From NCBI GenBank assembly GCA_013265495.1, contig MU058423.1:1501061-1565060 (forward strand): DNA of 64,000 bases. The letters are read 5' to 3'. Source of the stretch: Vicugna vicugna. Lineage: Eukaryota. Positions 13,901 to 26,152 of this stretch are shown piece by piece. A program made the position numbers and the translations under genes. Each line of letters begins with the position of its first letter. Position 1 is the stretch's first letter. Under the pieces are notes generated by a model, which saw nothing but the letters and a program-made list of their open reading frames with translations, was not told the DNA's origin and ran no database searches.

Positions 13901-14148
13901 GGCTGGAGCAAAGGAAATACAAGATGATCCTAGAACATTTTGTGATGTCAGAAGGTTAGGGAATGTTCCTCTCAAAGATGGAGGCTCATCAAAAACAGAG
14001 AAGCCACTCTGAAAAACTGCCTATTAACCAAAACTGGAATAATTTGAACAACAATTATGATAGTGTTTGACTTTAACTCCCTGGAATAAAATATACCCAG
14101 TGAGTCTATGCTATATATAAAAATCAAATGCATAAATGAGGGAGAAGG

Positions 14149-16438
14149 CCCCCAGTGTCTCGGGGCTGCACCCGGGAGCAGGGTGGCTGGGAGCCACAGG
14201 GAGGGCCGCAGGAGGGCCGCGGCCCGGGCTCGGAGTGGGCCGCTGCCAGGGGCCTCGAGTGGACCTTGGCGGGTGGCGAGGCGGCGGCGGCGCGGGTTGC
14301 GCGGCGCGAGGCCTGCCCCCCGGGCAGGATGCGAGGCATGTTGGGAACCGCACTTCCTCCTCAGGGGCCTTGAGAAAACCACAGGGTGCAGGGCCAGGCA
14401 GGCCGCCACCCGGGGAGCCGGCAGGATGGCGGAGGGCAAGGCGGGCGGCGCCGCTGGCCTCTTCGCCAAGCAGGTGCAGAAGAAGTCAAGCAGGGCTCAG
14501 GAGAAGGTACTGCAGAGGTTGGGGAAAACTGTGGAAACCAAAGATGCACTGTTTGAGAAAAGTGCCAGCAACTTCTACCATCAACAGGCTGAAGGCCACA
14601 GCTATACAAGGACCTGAAGAACTTCCTCAGTGCCGTCAAAGTGATGCATGAAAGTTCAAAGAGAGTGTCGGAAACTGCAGGAGATTTACAGCAGCGACTG
14701 GGATAGTCGAAGAGCTGAAGGCCACCGTAGTGAATAATGCTCTCCTTTGGGAAGACTATGAAGAGAAGTTAGCTGACCAGGCTTTGAGGACCTTGGAGAA
14801 CTATGTAGCCCAGTTCAGCGAGATTAAGGAAAAAATTGCCAAGCAGGGCGGAAACTCGTGGACTGTAACAGTGCCCGACACCACCTAGAGGCAGTGCTGA
14901 ATGCCAAGAAGAAAGATGAGGCCAACACTGCCACGGCAGAGGAAGAGTTCAACAAATCCCAGATTGTGTTTGAAGATCTGAACCAGGAACTACTAGAGGA
15001 GCTGCCCATTCTTTATAATGGTCGTATTGGCTGTTATGTGACCATCTTCCAAAACATTTCCAACTTGAAGGACGTCTTCTACAGGGAGATGAGCAAGCTG
15101 AACCACGGTCTGTATGAGGTGATGAGCAAACTGGAGAAGCAACATTCCGACAAAGTCTTTGTGGTGAAGGGACTCTCAAGCAGCAGCAGGCACTCCTTAG
15201 TCATCTCTCCCCCGATCCGGAGAGCCACAGTCACCAGCCCTCTGACTTCACCTACCAGCGCCTCTGCACTTTCCTTGAAGAGTGAGAGGGACTCCATCTC
15301 AGCAAGTGAAGAAGAACTGGCATCTGATCCAGGCCAGAGAGAAGACAACTCCAAGATTAAAGAAGAGCCCTTGCAAAACAAGGAAATAGAGGAGGAGGCC
15401 GAAGCAAGTTCCTCTGAGGAGGAAGAGCCGCTGCTCGCCTTCAATGGCCCCACCCAGGCCCAGGCCTCCCCCACCACTGACAGTGGGGAGTCCCAGGAGG
15501 AAGTTTTTTCTTGCTCCCCAGCTCCATCACCAGGAAGAATCCTGATCTCTTCAGAACAGGTTTCATTTTTCCCAGAAGCAGTCGTCCGAATCTGCACCTC
15601 AAGTGAAGAATCTGAACGGCCAAAGAAGACAGCCTCAGTGCAGAGGGCCTCCGCACCCCACAACAGGCTGCCTCCGCCCAGGGCCACTCCCAGCCCCAGG
15701 TTCTCCTTGAGGAACGCACTCTCCAGCTCTTCTGCCTCCTAACAGGGTTACCTGCCAGCCCTAAGGCCTCCTCAGGGGCTGAGGCCCCAAGTCCTAGGGC
15801 TTCCTTAGAGGCCTCTCCTGATCCACAGCTGCCAAGAGAAGCCAGCAGGAACTCCTGAGGCCAGAGAAAAGGAAAACATTGACAATCTGAACCCAAAAGA
15901 ACTTGGTTCTTCCCCTACCATGATGACCTCTCAGCACCAAGCTCTTCAGCTTCCTGTGTGTGCAATTCCAGGAGAGAGCCACATCACAGCACCTGAGCCC
16001 CAAGAAGAGGTATCTATGATTGAAACGGCTCTGATGCACGGCTCTGAAGAGGAACTGCCAAGACCTCCACACACACACACCTCCCCAGAGAAGCTCCTCA
16101 GCTGGAGGATATAGGTCAGAGGGACTTAAGATCCAGCATTCATGTCTGGTTTCCCAGATAGTATGAACACTGGCGGTCTCTAAAGATCTAGCATTAATGG
16201 AGGTTTTAGCACTGTTAGACTAATAAGACTTTATATGTTAGTTAAAGTGGGGCTAAAATGACTATAAAAAGCAAAAGCTTCTGCAGACACAAACATTCGT
16301 CCACACAGAGACATATAAGCACACATACTCAGAGAATAGTGAACAGATCTTTGATTTACCACTCATTTTGTAAGACTTAAAACCAAACAAATGGATTTTC
16401 AGATTGTTATATAAAGTATTACCCTGAAAAAAACTAAG
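14149..16438 (+). pseudogene. BIN2: Processed pseudogene (retrocopy) of BIN2, bridging integrator 2 (N-BAR protein)
   Basis: Intronless BIN2 homology from ATG 14426 ([20 protein letters not shown]) through the BAR domain ([32 protein letters not shown]) to APEPQEEVS, ancestral stop at about 16045-16047. Frameshifts at about 14600 (-1), 14674 (-2), 14708 (-2) and 14848 (-1); premature TAA at 15740-15742. TATAAA signal variant at 16410-16415, decayed A-tail at 16427-16438. TSD TAAATGAGGGAGAAGG at 14133-14148 and 16439-16454. Confidence 0.95.
14150..14470 (+). promoter_or_regulatory. CpG-island-like GC-rich leader of the BIN2 retrocopy with ETS/PU.1 and RUNX motifs
   Basis: About 30 CpGs counted by eye in about 320 bp within an AT-rich, CpG-poor window; CACTTCCTC at 14351-14359 and AACCACA at 14377-14383. 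Function is not shown. Confidence 0.55.
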
Positions 16439-16813
16439 TAAATGAGGGAGAAGGGACAACTCTTCATTACAGTTGAAATTCAGTTAATAAGTGTAGATGG
16501 AAAGGGGAAATAGAGAATTATCATTGTAAGTGTCCTAGTAGTAACTAACTGTTGCAGACAAGATTCATCAATGAGTGCTACAATTAGTGGGCAGAAGTTT
16601 GAGAAGAAACAGGATTTGCTGCCTCAAACTATCTCCCCCAAAATACTCTTTACTTATAGTAACTTTATAGGGGAGAAACCTACCAGACACCAACCTATCC
16701 AAATGATCAAGATAAATACAAGTAATAAGACACACCAATATCATAAATCCCTTGATATGCTGCATAAAGTTTTTTTTTTGTGTGTGGTAGTCCTTCCAAA
16801 AATACAAAACCTT

Positions 16814-18535
16814 TGTTATGGACTGAATTGTTGTGTCCTCCCTAAAATTAATATATTGAGGCCCTAACCCCCCCAGCCAGTGTGGAGATGGGGCCTCTAA
16901 GGAAGTAATTAAGGGTAAATCAATGAAGTTAGAACACTCCCTCACAACATACACAGAAATAAACTCAAAATGGCTTGAAGACTTAAATATAAGACAAGAC
17001 ACTATAAACTTCCTAGAAGAAAACATAGGCAAAACATTTTCTAACATAAATCTTAGCAATCTTCTCCTAGGGCAGTCTACCCAGGTAATAGAAATAAAAG
17101 CAAAAATAAACAAATGGGACCTAATTAAACTTTTGCTCAGCAAAGGAAACCATAAATAAAACAAAACAACATATGGAATGGGAGAAAATATCTGCAAATG
17201 ATGCAACTGAAAAGGTTTAATTTCCAAACTATACAAACAGCTCATACAACTTAACAAAAAAACAAACAACCCAATCCAAAAATGGGCAGAAGACCTAAAC
17301 AAGCAATTCTCGAATGAAGACATACAAATGACCAATAGACACATGAAAAAATGCTCAATATCACTAATTATCAGACCAGACACAAATCAAAACTACAATG
17401 AGGTATCACCTCACACCAGTCAGAATGGCCATCATTAAAAAGTCTACAAACGATAAATACTGGAGAGGCTGTGGAGAAAAGGGAACCTTCCTACACTGCT
17501 GGTGGGAATGTAGTTTGGTGCAGCCACTGTGGAAAACAGTATGGAGATTCCTCAAGAGACTAAAAATAGACTTAGCTTATGATCCAGCAGTCCCACTCCT
17601 GGGCATATATCCAGAGGGAACCTTAATTCAAAAAGATACATGCACCCCAATGTTCAAAGCAGCACTATTTACAATAGCCAAGACATGGAAGCAACCTGAA
17701 TGTCCATTGGCAGATGACTGGGTAAAGAAGTTGTGGTATATTTATGCAATGAAATACTACTCTGTGATAAAAAAAGAATAAATGCCATTTGCAGCAATAT
17801 GGGTAGACCTGGAAATCATCATTTTAAGTGAAGTAAGTGAAAAAGAGAAAAGTACCATAGGTATCACTCATATGTCAAATATAAAAAAGAAAAGAAAGAA
17901 AAAAGGACACTATGAACTCACCTACAAAACAGAAACAGACTTGCAGACATAGTAAACAATCTTATGGTTACCAGGGGAAAGGGAGTGGGAAAGGATAAAT
18001 TTGGGAGTTTGAGATTTGCAAATGTTAGCCACTATATTTAAAAATAGATTTAAAAACAAATTTCTGTAAAGCACAGGGAACTATATTCAATATCTTATAA
18101 TAACCTTTAATGAAAAAGGATATGAAAATGAATATATGCATGTATATGCATGACTGAAGCATTATGCTGTATACAAGAAATTGATACATTGTAACTGACT
18201 ATACTTCAAAAAAAAAAAAAGACAGTAAAATGAGGTCATAAGGATGGGGCTTTGATCCAATACGATTAGTGTCCTTACAAGATGAGACATCAGAGTGATC
18301 CCCACAACACCACTGCCAAGGAGAATGCATTGAGCCAGCATGCTCACACCGAAGATCAGTGAGGACATAGTGGGGATGCTGCCATCTGCAAGCCAGGAAG
18401 AGTACTTTCACCAGAAACTGAATTGGCTGGAACCTTGCTCTTGCACTTGCAGCCTCCAGAACTGTGAGAGATAGATAGCTGTTATTGAAGCCACCCAATC
18501 TGTGGTATTTTGTTATGGCATCCTGAACTGATTAA
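16814..18535 (+). mobile_element. MLT1A/B-type MaLR solo LTR split by an L1 insertion
   Basis: 5' part tgttatggactgaattgttgtgtcctccctaaaa...ggaagtaattaagg (16814-16915); 3' part aatgaggtcataaggatgggg...ctgtggtattttgttatggca (18225-18535). Confidence 0.8.
16916..18220 (+). mobile_element. 5'-truncated young (camelid-type) L1
   Basis: ORF2 C-terminal pieces ([22 protein letters not shown], cysteine-rich domain), 3' UTR and a poly(A) run ending at 18220. Confidence 0.92.
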
Positions 18536-20116
18536 CTCTTTCCAGCCATGAGAAAATATCAGATGAACACAATTTGAGGGACATTCTACAAAACTGCTGA
18601 TTAGTGTTCTTCTAAAGTGTCAGGGTCATGGAAGAAGGAAAAGAGCAACGAACTGGTGCAGACTGGAAGAGGCTAAGAAGGAAAGAAACAAAAAGAACAA
18701 AACTGCATGCAATATGGGAACTAGGATAGGATTCTGGAAAAGAAAAAGGCATAAGTGAAGAAAAAATGTGAAATTTGAATAAGAATCTGAAGTTCGGTTA
18801 ATAATATTGCACTAGTGTTAATTTCCTATGTTTGACGTAGGTGTTAACACAGGGTAAGTGGGATAAGGGATATAAGGGAACTTTTTGTACTATTTTTGAA
18901 ATTTTTCTGTAAGTCTAAAATTAGATCAAATCAAAAGTTTAAATACAAAACAAAAGAAAAGCTTTTAAAAATGTAAATCAGAACATCCTCTCCCCTGTTC
19001 AAAATCCTCTATTAACTATCTATCTCATTCATATTAGATGACAAATTCTGCACAATAGCCTAAAAGCCCTCCACTTCCTCTCTAACTTCATCTCCTGTTA
19101 GTTCACCCATCCCCACTGAACTTTATCCAAACTAGTTTCTTGTTTTTCCTTGAATATAGCAGACACATTCCTGGCTCAGACATTTGCATTGGTTTATTCC
19201 TCACTACCATTGGTTCCTCCTCTAGCTAACTTCATGGCCTGCTCCTTTTTTTGTCTTTAATCAAATGTTATCCTATCAGTGAAACGTTCCTCATCACCCT
19301 ATTTAATTTTGCACCCACCAGTGTCCTAGAATTCCATATTCTGATATTTTTTCATTGCTTTTATTATGGCCAATATTCTTCATATTTTACTTATTAAATT
19401 ATATTATTATATGTTGATATACAGCACAGTTTCAGCTGCACCAATGTTTAAGTTAGAGAAAATGTCTTTGATTGTTTTGTTCACTGGTGTATTGCAAGTG
19501 AACATTAAGGGAGAAGGAATAGTCACATGGAGGCTGCTCCACCTCCAATGTCTCATACCAATTTCAAGATCAGGAAGAAAGAAGTTAAAAAGAAGAGATC
19601 ACTGGCCAAACTACATGACCTAACTACACTGAAGGCTGGGAAATTTTTTTTTGGCTGGGAACATTATTGTTCAAACAAAATTTAGTTTCTGATGGATAAA
19701 GAAGCAAGGGAATGGATACTGGGTAGGCTACTGATAATGTCTGCTGCAAGAACCATATCTACCACATTTTGACAAAAAGTTTATGTTATAAGGACAAAAA
19801 ATGAATACTACAAGCTATTCAGACAAAAAAATAATGTTGCTTAAAAGGTAGCCAAAAACTTTCATGAATTTCTGCTTTCATTTCAGTAATATTAAGAGGA
19901 AAAACACAGAACAACTTTTATAGAGTTCTGAGGGAAAAAATAAAAATCAAGAATTTTCTCCATACTGAAGTTTTTAATGAAATATGATATCAAGAAAAAG
20001 ATATTCTCAAATACTTAAGAGTATACCTCTCATCTTTCCTTCTTGAATAAAAATTACTTAAACATGTGTTATTACAACTGTTTATTGTGTCTTCTGTAAG
20101 AAAAGTATTTCCATCT

Positions 20117-20717
20117 CTGGTGGCTTTGTATTATGTCAGCTTGGCTAGGCTAAACTACATTTCCCAGAATTTCCTTGTGTATAGTATTTCTAGTTAGGTT
20201 AGATTACTAGAAGAACTCTCTTGTGGGAGAGTTGGAGGACAAAAGCAAGAAGCAGCCACTTTGTCTCTGATTTACTAGATCATCTCACTGATGCGAGGTG
20301 TGGCCAGAACTCAAACTACTTTATCTTTCCTTGGCACTCTCTACATCTTCTCTTACTTCTTGGCCAGGTGACTGTGTTTAACTCTGTGACAATGAGGACA
20401 TGGATTCTGGAGGATATGTGTACCGTCAAGGTCAGAGACAACAAGAACTGACACAGATTTCAATCTGTCCTGTGGCCCTCAGCTTGCCCCTGTGTGTTTC
20501 ATTTTGTTCTTCCTCTCCCTCCTGCCACATTCATCTTTTCTTCCTGATTTTCTGCCTGTGGACTTCAAGTCCCAGGATCAGATAAGGAGAAATACCTCCT
20601 CACAGGGAGGCAAGAAGTCCAGATTCCTGGAACAAGTCCTTTTACACACAGAACAAACACATACACATATTTCACATTCTAGTGGTTCTGCTTCTCTGAT
20701 TGAACTCTGACTTATAC
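20117..20717 (+). mobile_element. MLT2-type (ERV-L) solo LTR
   Basis: Begins ggtggctttgtattatgtcagcttggctaggcta and ends gtggttctgcttctctgattgaactctgacttataca, typical MLT2 termini. Confidence 0.7.
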
Positions 20718-21277
20718 ACTACTCTGAATTTATTTTAAAAATTCTCCAATCATTTCTGCTAAGAGTTTTAGAATTTTCCCTTTCAAAGATTGATTTTTAA
20801 TTCACCTTATATTGATTTTTGTATATATAGTGTAAATAAGGAGTCCAATTCCATTTCTTTCCAAATAGTTAATCAATTGTTTAAAGATTCTTAATTGAAA
20901 AGTCCATCTGTCTTTTCTCGACTGGCATATAATACCAATTTTATAATATAGCAAGTGTCTGTACACGTGTGGACTTATTTTCTGGTCTTTATCTTAGTAT
21001 TACAATAGCTTTAATATAAATCTTGGCAAGTACCCTATCTTACACTTCATCAAGAATATCTTGGCATTTTTGATCCTTTGCACTTTTGTATATATTTTAT
21101 AATTATCTTGTAAAATTCTGTAATGTAATCTGTTGGGCATTTATTCAGGTTAAATAAAATTAATAGATTAATTTGCAGATAATTGACATGTACATAATGT
21201 TGATAGATAACAATCTCTAAGCATGGTATATTTCTCCATTTATTTAAGCCTTTCAATTGAGTTTAAAAATATGCTCC

Positions 21278-21955
21278 AAGATTCCTTAAAAAACTAAAAA
21301 ACAGGTTTAGCATGTAACCCAGCAATCCCACTCCTGGGCACTTATGTTGAGGGAACTCTAATTCAATAAGATACATAACATGCACCCCAATGTTCACAGC
21401 AACACTATTTACAATAACAAGACATGGAAACAACCTAAATGTCCATTGACAGATGACTGGATAAAGAAGTTGTGGTATATTTATACAATGGAATACTACC
21501 CATCCATAAAAAAGAATAAAATAATGCCATTTGCTGCAACATGGATGGACCTAGAGATCATCATTCTAAGTGAAGTAAGCCAGAAAGAAAAAGAAAAATA
21601 CCATATGATATTACTTATAATTTTGAATCTTTGAAAATGAGACAAACAAACTTATTTACAAAACAGAAACAGACTCACAGTCATAGAAAACAAACTTACG
21701 GTTACTAGAGGGGGAAGAGGTGGGAAGGGATAAACTGAGAGTTTGAGATTTGCAGATATTAACTACTATATATAGAATAGACAAAAAATAAGTTTATACT
21801 GTATAGCACAGGGAATTATTCAATATCTTGTAGTAACCTTTAATGAAAAAGAATATGAAAATGAATATTTCTATGTATATGTATGACTAAAACATTATGC
21901 TGTACACCAGAAATTAACACAGTATTGTAAACTGACTATACTTTAATTAAAAAAT
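21278..21955 (+). mobile_element. 5'-truncated L1 3' end (camelid-type), inserted in old antisense L1M sequence
   Basis: [30 protein letters not shown]2 C-terminus, 3' UTR and A-rich tail. Confidence 0.9.
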
Positions 21956-23776
21956 ACTCTTCTCCAAAAAGGTCTTGCATAACTTCTTAGAGGTTTATTT
22001 CTAGATACTTGATATTTTTGATATATTAAAAACTATAATTAAACATTTGGGGTATGAAATAAAACGTACATAACTCTAAAGGTACTTAAAAAAAGCATAC
22101 TGCATGTATTTATCAGAGGGCTGGTTTTTTGTTAAATATTATGTTTTAAAAATTCATCCATTAGTTCATTCACTTTCATTGCCATGTGGTATTTCATTGT
22201 ATAAATACATCACTATTTATCCGTTCTATTGTTGATAGTCATTAGGACTTTTCCCAATGTTTAGCTGTTATAGACAATGCTTCTGTAAAATGAATTTATA
22301 CTTGTGTCCTTGTGCAGTAACTGCATTTCTGTAGAATACTTATCTAAGAGTGGAATTACTGCATCATAGAAAATGTCACAGTTATAAAAGGAGTTGTATT
22401 AAACTATATACTTAACAGCAACGTGTAGCAGTTCCCAATATTCCATATCCTATCTCACACAGGAACAAGTCAGCTCTTTTATTTACTTAGCCAAAGTGAT
22501 GTATGCAGTGATATTTTATTTCCCCGATTCCTAATCAGTCTGAGTAATTTATCATATTTACCAGCCATTTGAATTTCATCGTTTAGTAAGTGCCATGTCT
22601 AGTCTTTTCTACATTTTCTAAATATTGCATTTTTCTTATCCATTTGTAGGAATTCTTTACCCATTCTGGATATAAGCTCTTTGCTGATTATCTGTGAGCC
22701 AGATATTTTCTCCTCCTCTGTGGTTTGTCCAGTATTTGGGGATGTTCTTTGATAGGTAGAAGATAATCAAATTCATCAGTTTTTTCTTTTTGTGATTATT
22801 GTCATGTTTTCAAAAAGTCCTTATCTACCCCAAGATCAAGAATGAATTTTCCTATATTATTTTCTACAAAACTTTGTTTCTCTTCTTTCATAGTTAAGGT
22901 ATTTTTATCACCTGGAATTGGTTTTTGTAAGAGTACGATTGTTTATTTCCATAGTGGTACTCAAATATCACAGCACCATGTGTTAAGAAACCCATAATTT
23001 CTCCAGTGCTCTATAGTGCCACATCTGTCATATATCTAGTTTCTATGTATGCATGAGTATGTTTCTCTGTTTTGTCTTCTATTCCAATGGTCTGACTATC
23101 TGTCCCCATGCCAATATTATCTTGATTACTCTAGCTTTATAATGTGTTTATATTTCATCGATCAAGTCTCCTACCTCACACTTCTTCAGGAGTATCTTGT
23201 CTATTTCCAGTTCTTTCAGTTTCCATATACATTTTAGAATCATTGAAAACTGTTGCCTTACACATACACAATATTGTGCTTTTGATTGTATCTTTTACAA
23301 TATTTATCTTATAAATCAGCTTGGGGGAAATGACATTTTTATCAATCTTTTCAGTTCATGAGATGGTGTATCCATTTATTTAGGTCTACCTTATTTCAAT
23401 AAAGTTTTGTGGTTTTCTCGGAATAATTCTTCACATCTGTTTTTACAATTTTATTTTCTACCAGACTGTTGTTGGCATATAAAAATGTAAATTATTTTTT
23501 GTTTGTTAATGGTGTATCTTATTAATTCTAATAGTTTATAAGTAGATGCTTTAGGTTTTCTACATATACAGTCACATATCATATGTAAATAATGGTGGTT
23601 TTTATCCTTCCTTTCTCATCCTTTTATCTCATTTATTTTCTTTGCCTTAATCACTTGCTCTAGCACCTCTGACATAATACTAAACAATTACTTCCTTCTC
23701 AATATAAAAGAGAAAAATTTTAACATTTCCCATGAAAACCAATGTTGTATTTTTTTGGTAAATATTCTTTTCTAGG

Positions 23777-24485
23777 TGTATCAGTCAACATTCTTCAGAG
23801 AAACCAATAAGGTGTATGTATGCAGACATATGTGTATATATCTATTATATGTAGTTGCCCCATGAAGACATGGATTTGAACTGTGAGGGTCCACTTATGG
23901 GTGGATTTTAACCAATAAATATATAGTTGGCCCTCTGTATTTACCAGTTTTGCATCCATGGATTCAACCAACCTCAGACTGATATTTCCATCCATAGTTC
24001 ATTGAATCTGCAGATGCAGAACTTAAGCCCTTCTATAAGGGCTGACTATGGGACTTGAACACCTGGGGATTTTGGTATCTACAGTGGCTCTTGGAACCAA
24101 TCCCCTGCAGATACCAAAAGAGGTCTGGAAAGATAGAGAGGGAGAAGCAAGGGAGAGGGAGAAGGAAAGAGAGATTTATTTTAAGAAAGTGGCTCATGCA
24201 ATTGTGGAGGCTAGAATATCTGCTGGGAGGCTGAGTTTCAGTTTAAGTCTGAAAGCAGTCTGCTGACAGAATTCCCTCTTCTATTGGAGGAGGTCAGTAT
24301 TCTTAAGACCTCCAACTAACTGAGATCCACCCACATTATGTAGGGCATTCTGGTTTACTCAAAATCTGCTGATTAAAATGTTAATCTCAAGCAAGAGTAC
24401 CTTCACAGAAACATCTAGAATAATGTTTTATCAAATATCGGGGTGCTGTTACCTAGCCAAGGTCATATAAAATTAACCATCACAA
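23777..24485 (-). mobile_element. MLT2 LTR interrupted by a TcMar-Tigger-family element (about 23852-24122)
   Basis: tgtatcagtcaacattcttcagagaaac...aaaattaaccatcaca termini; internal agttgccccatgaagacatggatttgaactgtgagggtccacttat...ccaatcccctgcagatacca resembles Tigger2/MER2-type ends. Confidence 0.7.
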
Positions 24486-25695
24486 TAGATTAAGAAAGTT
24501 CTCTTCTATTACTAGTTTATTAAGAGGTATTTGGTTTTTGTTTTAATAATTAATGAAAGTTAAATTTTATCAAATGCTTTTTTTGCGTCTATTGAGGTTT
24601 ATGTTTTTATCCTTGGTCAGTGTGGTGAGTTACATTGATTTTCTAATGCGTTCTTAAGATAAGCTTAACATGATCATGATGTTTTAATCCAGAAATTTAT
24701 TCCAGAATTAATTCTGCTAGTATTTTAAGATTTTTGGAGATATATTCATCATTGAAAATGGTTATTAATTTCCTGTCTCATATTGTTTTTTAAGTTTTTG
24801 GTGTCAAGTTCACCTTGAGGAGTATTCCATCTTATACTTATACTCTGGGCATTTTTTTTGCAAGATTAATTGCTTACTTAAATATTTGGTAAAACTTACT
24901 CATGAAGCCATCTGGACCTAGATTTTCTTTTTGAGAATATTTTTGATTATTGATTCAATTTTATAAAGTTATTAGACTATTCATGTTTTCTACTTAAAAT
25001 TGTTTTGATAAATTATTTTAAGACTTATCCCAATTCAACTAAATTTTTAAATGTATTATCATGAAGTTATTCACAATACTTTTACTTCTGTTTAATGTCT
25101 CTGGAATCTCTGAAAATATCTCCTTTTCATTCTTATTTTTAATTTGTGCCTTTTTCTTTTTTTTCCCCTAACACAATCTTACCAGAAGTTAAAATACTAG
25201 ATTTTTTTAAACAAAATCTATTTCTAGTCCTATTGATCCTATCTGCTACATATTGTTATGTATCTAATTCCTGTTTATATTTTGTTATTTATTTTGTTTT
25301 ACTTTCAGGTTATTTTGCCATTCTGTTTTGACTTCCGGAGGTGAATGCTCAGTCTTTTTAATCTTCTAATACATGAATTTAGGAAATAAATCCCAGTGTA
25401 GCACTCATTTTAACTCCATCTCATAAATTTCATCTGTTCTGAAAAATTCTCAGCCATTATTCCTTAACAATATTTTAAAAATGTTTAGTTTAAATATTTC
25501 CTAATTGTCATTGTTTACTTCTTCATGCATGGAAGTTTAGGCATGTACTTCTTAATTTCCAAATATATAGACATCTTCTTGTTATTTTTTGTTTATTGAT
25601 TTCTTGCAAAATTGCATTATGGTTTTTAATCCCTTGATACTTTTTACTTGATTTATGACCCTAATATAGAGTCAAATTTGATAAATGTTTATTTA

Positions 25696-26152
25696 TGTGG
25701 TAGACTACATAATTGAGCCCTAAAGATGTTGATGTCTAGAGCCCAAAACCTATAAATATGTTACCTTACACAGTGAAGGGGACTTAATAGATGTGCTAAG
25801 AATGAATCTTGAGGTGGGGAAGTTATGCAGGATTATCCCCATAGGTCCAGTGTAATCACAAGAGGAGGGTGGGTTAGATTTGACTATAGAGGGAGTAAGG
25901 CCATGTGGCAATAGAAGCAGAGTTTGGAGTGATGCAGCCAGAAGCAAAGGAATGCCACAACCTCTAGAAGTTAAAAGAGGAACATATTCTCCCCTAGAGC
26001 CTTCAGAAGGAACTAGACCTACTGGCATCTTGACTGTAATCCCTTAAGACCCATTTTGGACATTGGATATCCTGAACTATAGGAGAATAAATTTCTGTTG
26101 TTTTGAGCCACTAAATTTGTGGCAATTTGTTACATAGAAATAGGAAAATAAT
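25696..26152 (+). mobile_element. MLT1D-like MaLR LTR
   Basis: tgtggtagactacataatt...tatgttaccttacacagtgaagggg...ataaatttctgttgttttgagccactaaatttgtggcaatttgttac. Confidence 0.75.

Larger units (their letters stand above)
12490..18950 (+). mobile_element. Old L1MC-type element hosting the BIN2 retrocopy and an MLT1 LTR
   Basis: L1 ORF2 3' remnant at 12500-13000 and L1MC-like 3' UTR at 13000-14148, resuming at 16455-16810 and 18540-18950. Confidence 0.7.

Noticed and set aside
13972..14651. Cluster of overlapping Arg/Gly/Ala/Pro-rich ORFs on both strands
   Set aside because: By-product of stop-poor GC-rich sequence; only the frame from ATG 14426 has recognisable homology (BIN2).
14426..16047. 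Functional BIN2 retrogene encoding the full protein
   Set aside because: Four frameshifts and a premature stop destroy the BAR domain frame.
14949..16078. Minus-strand ORFs up to 202 aa
   Set aside because: Antisense shadows of the BIN2 pseudogene.
16568..17383. 271-aa hydrophobic minus-strand ORF resembling a membrane protein
   Set aside because: Antisense of L1 ORF2 running into MLT1 and L1MC sequence; a common artefact.
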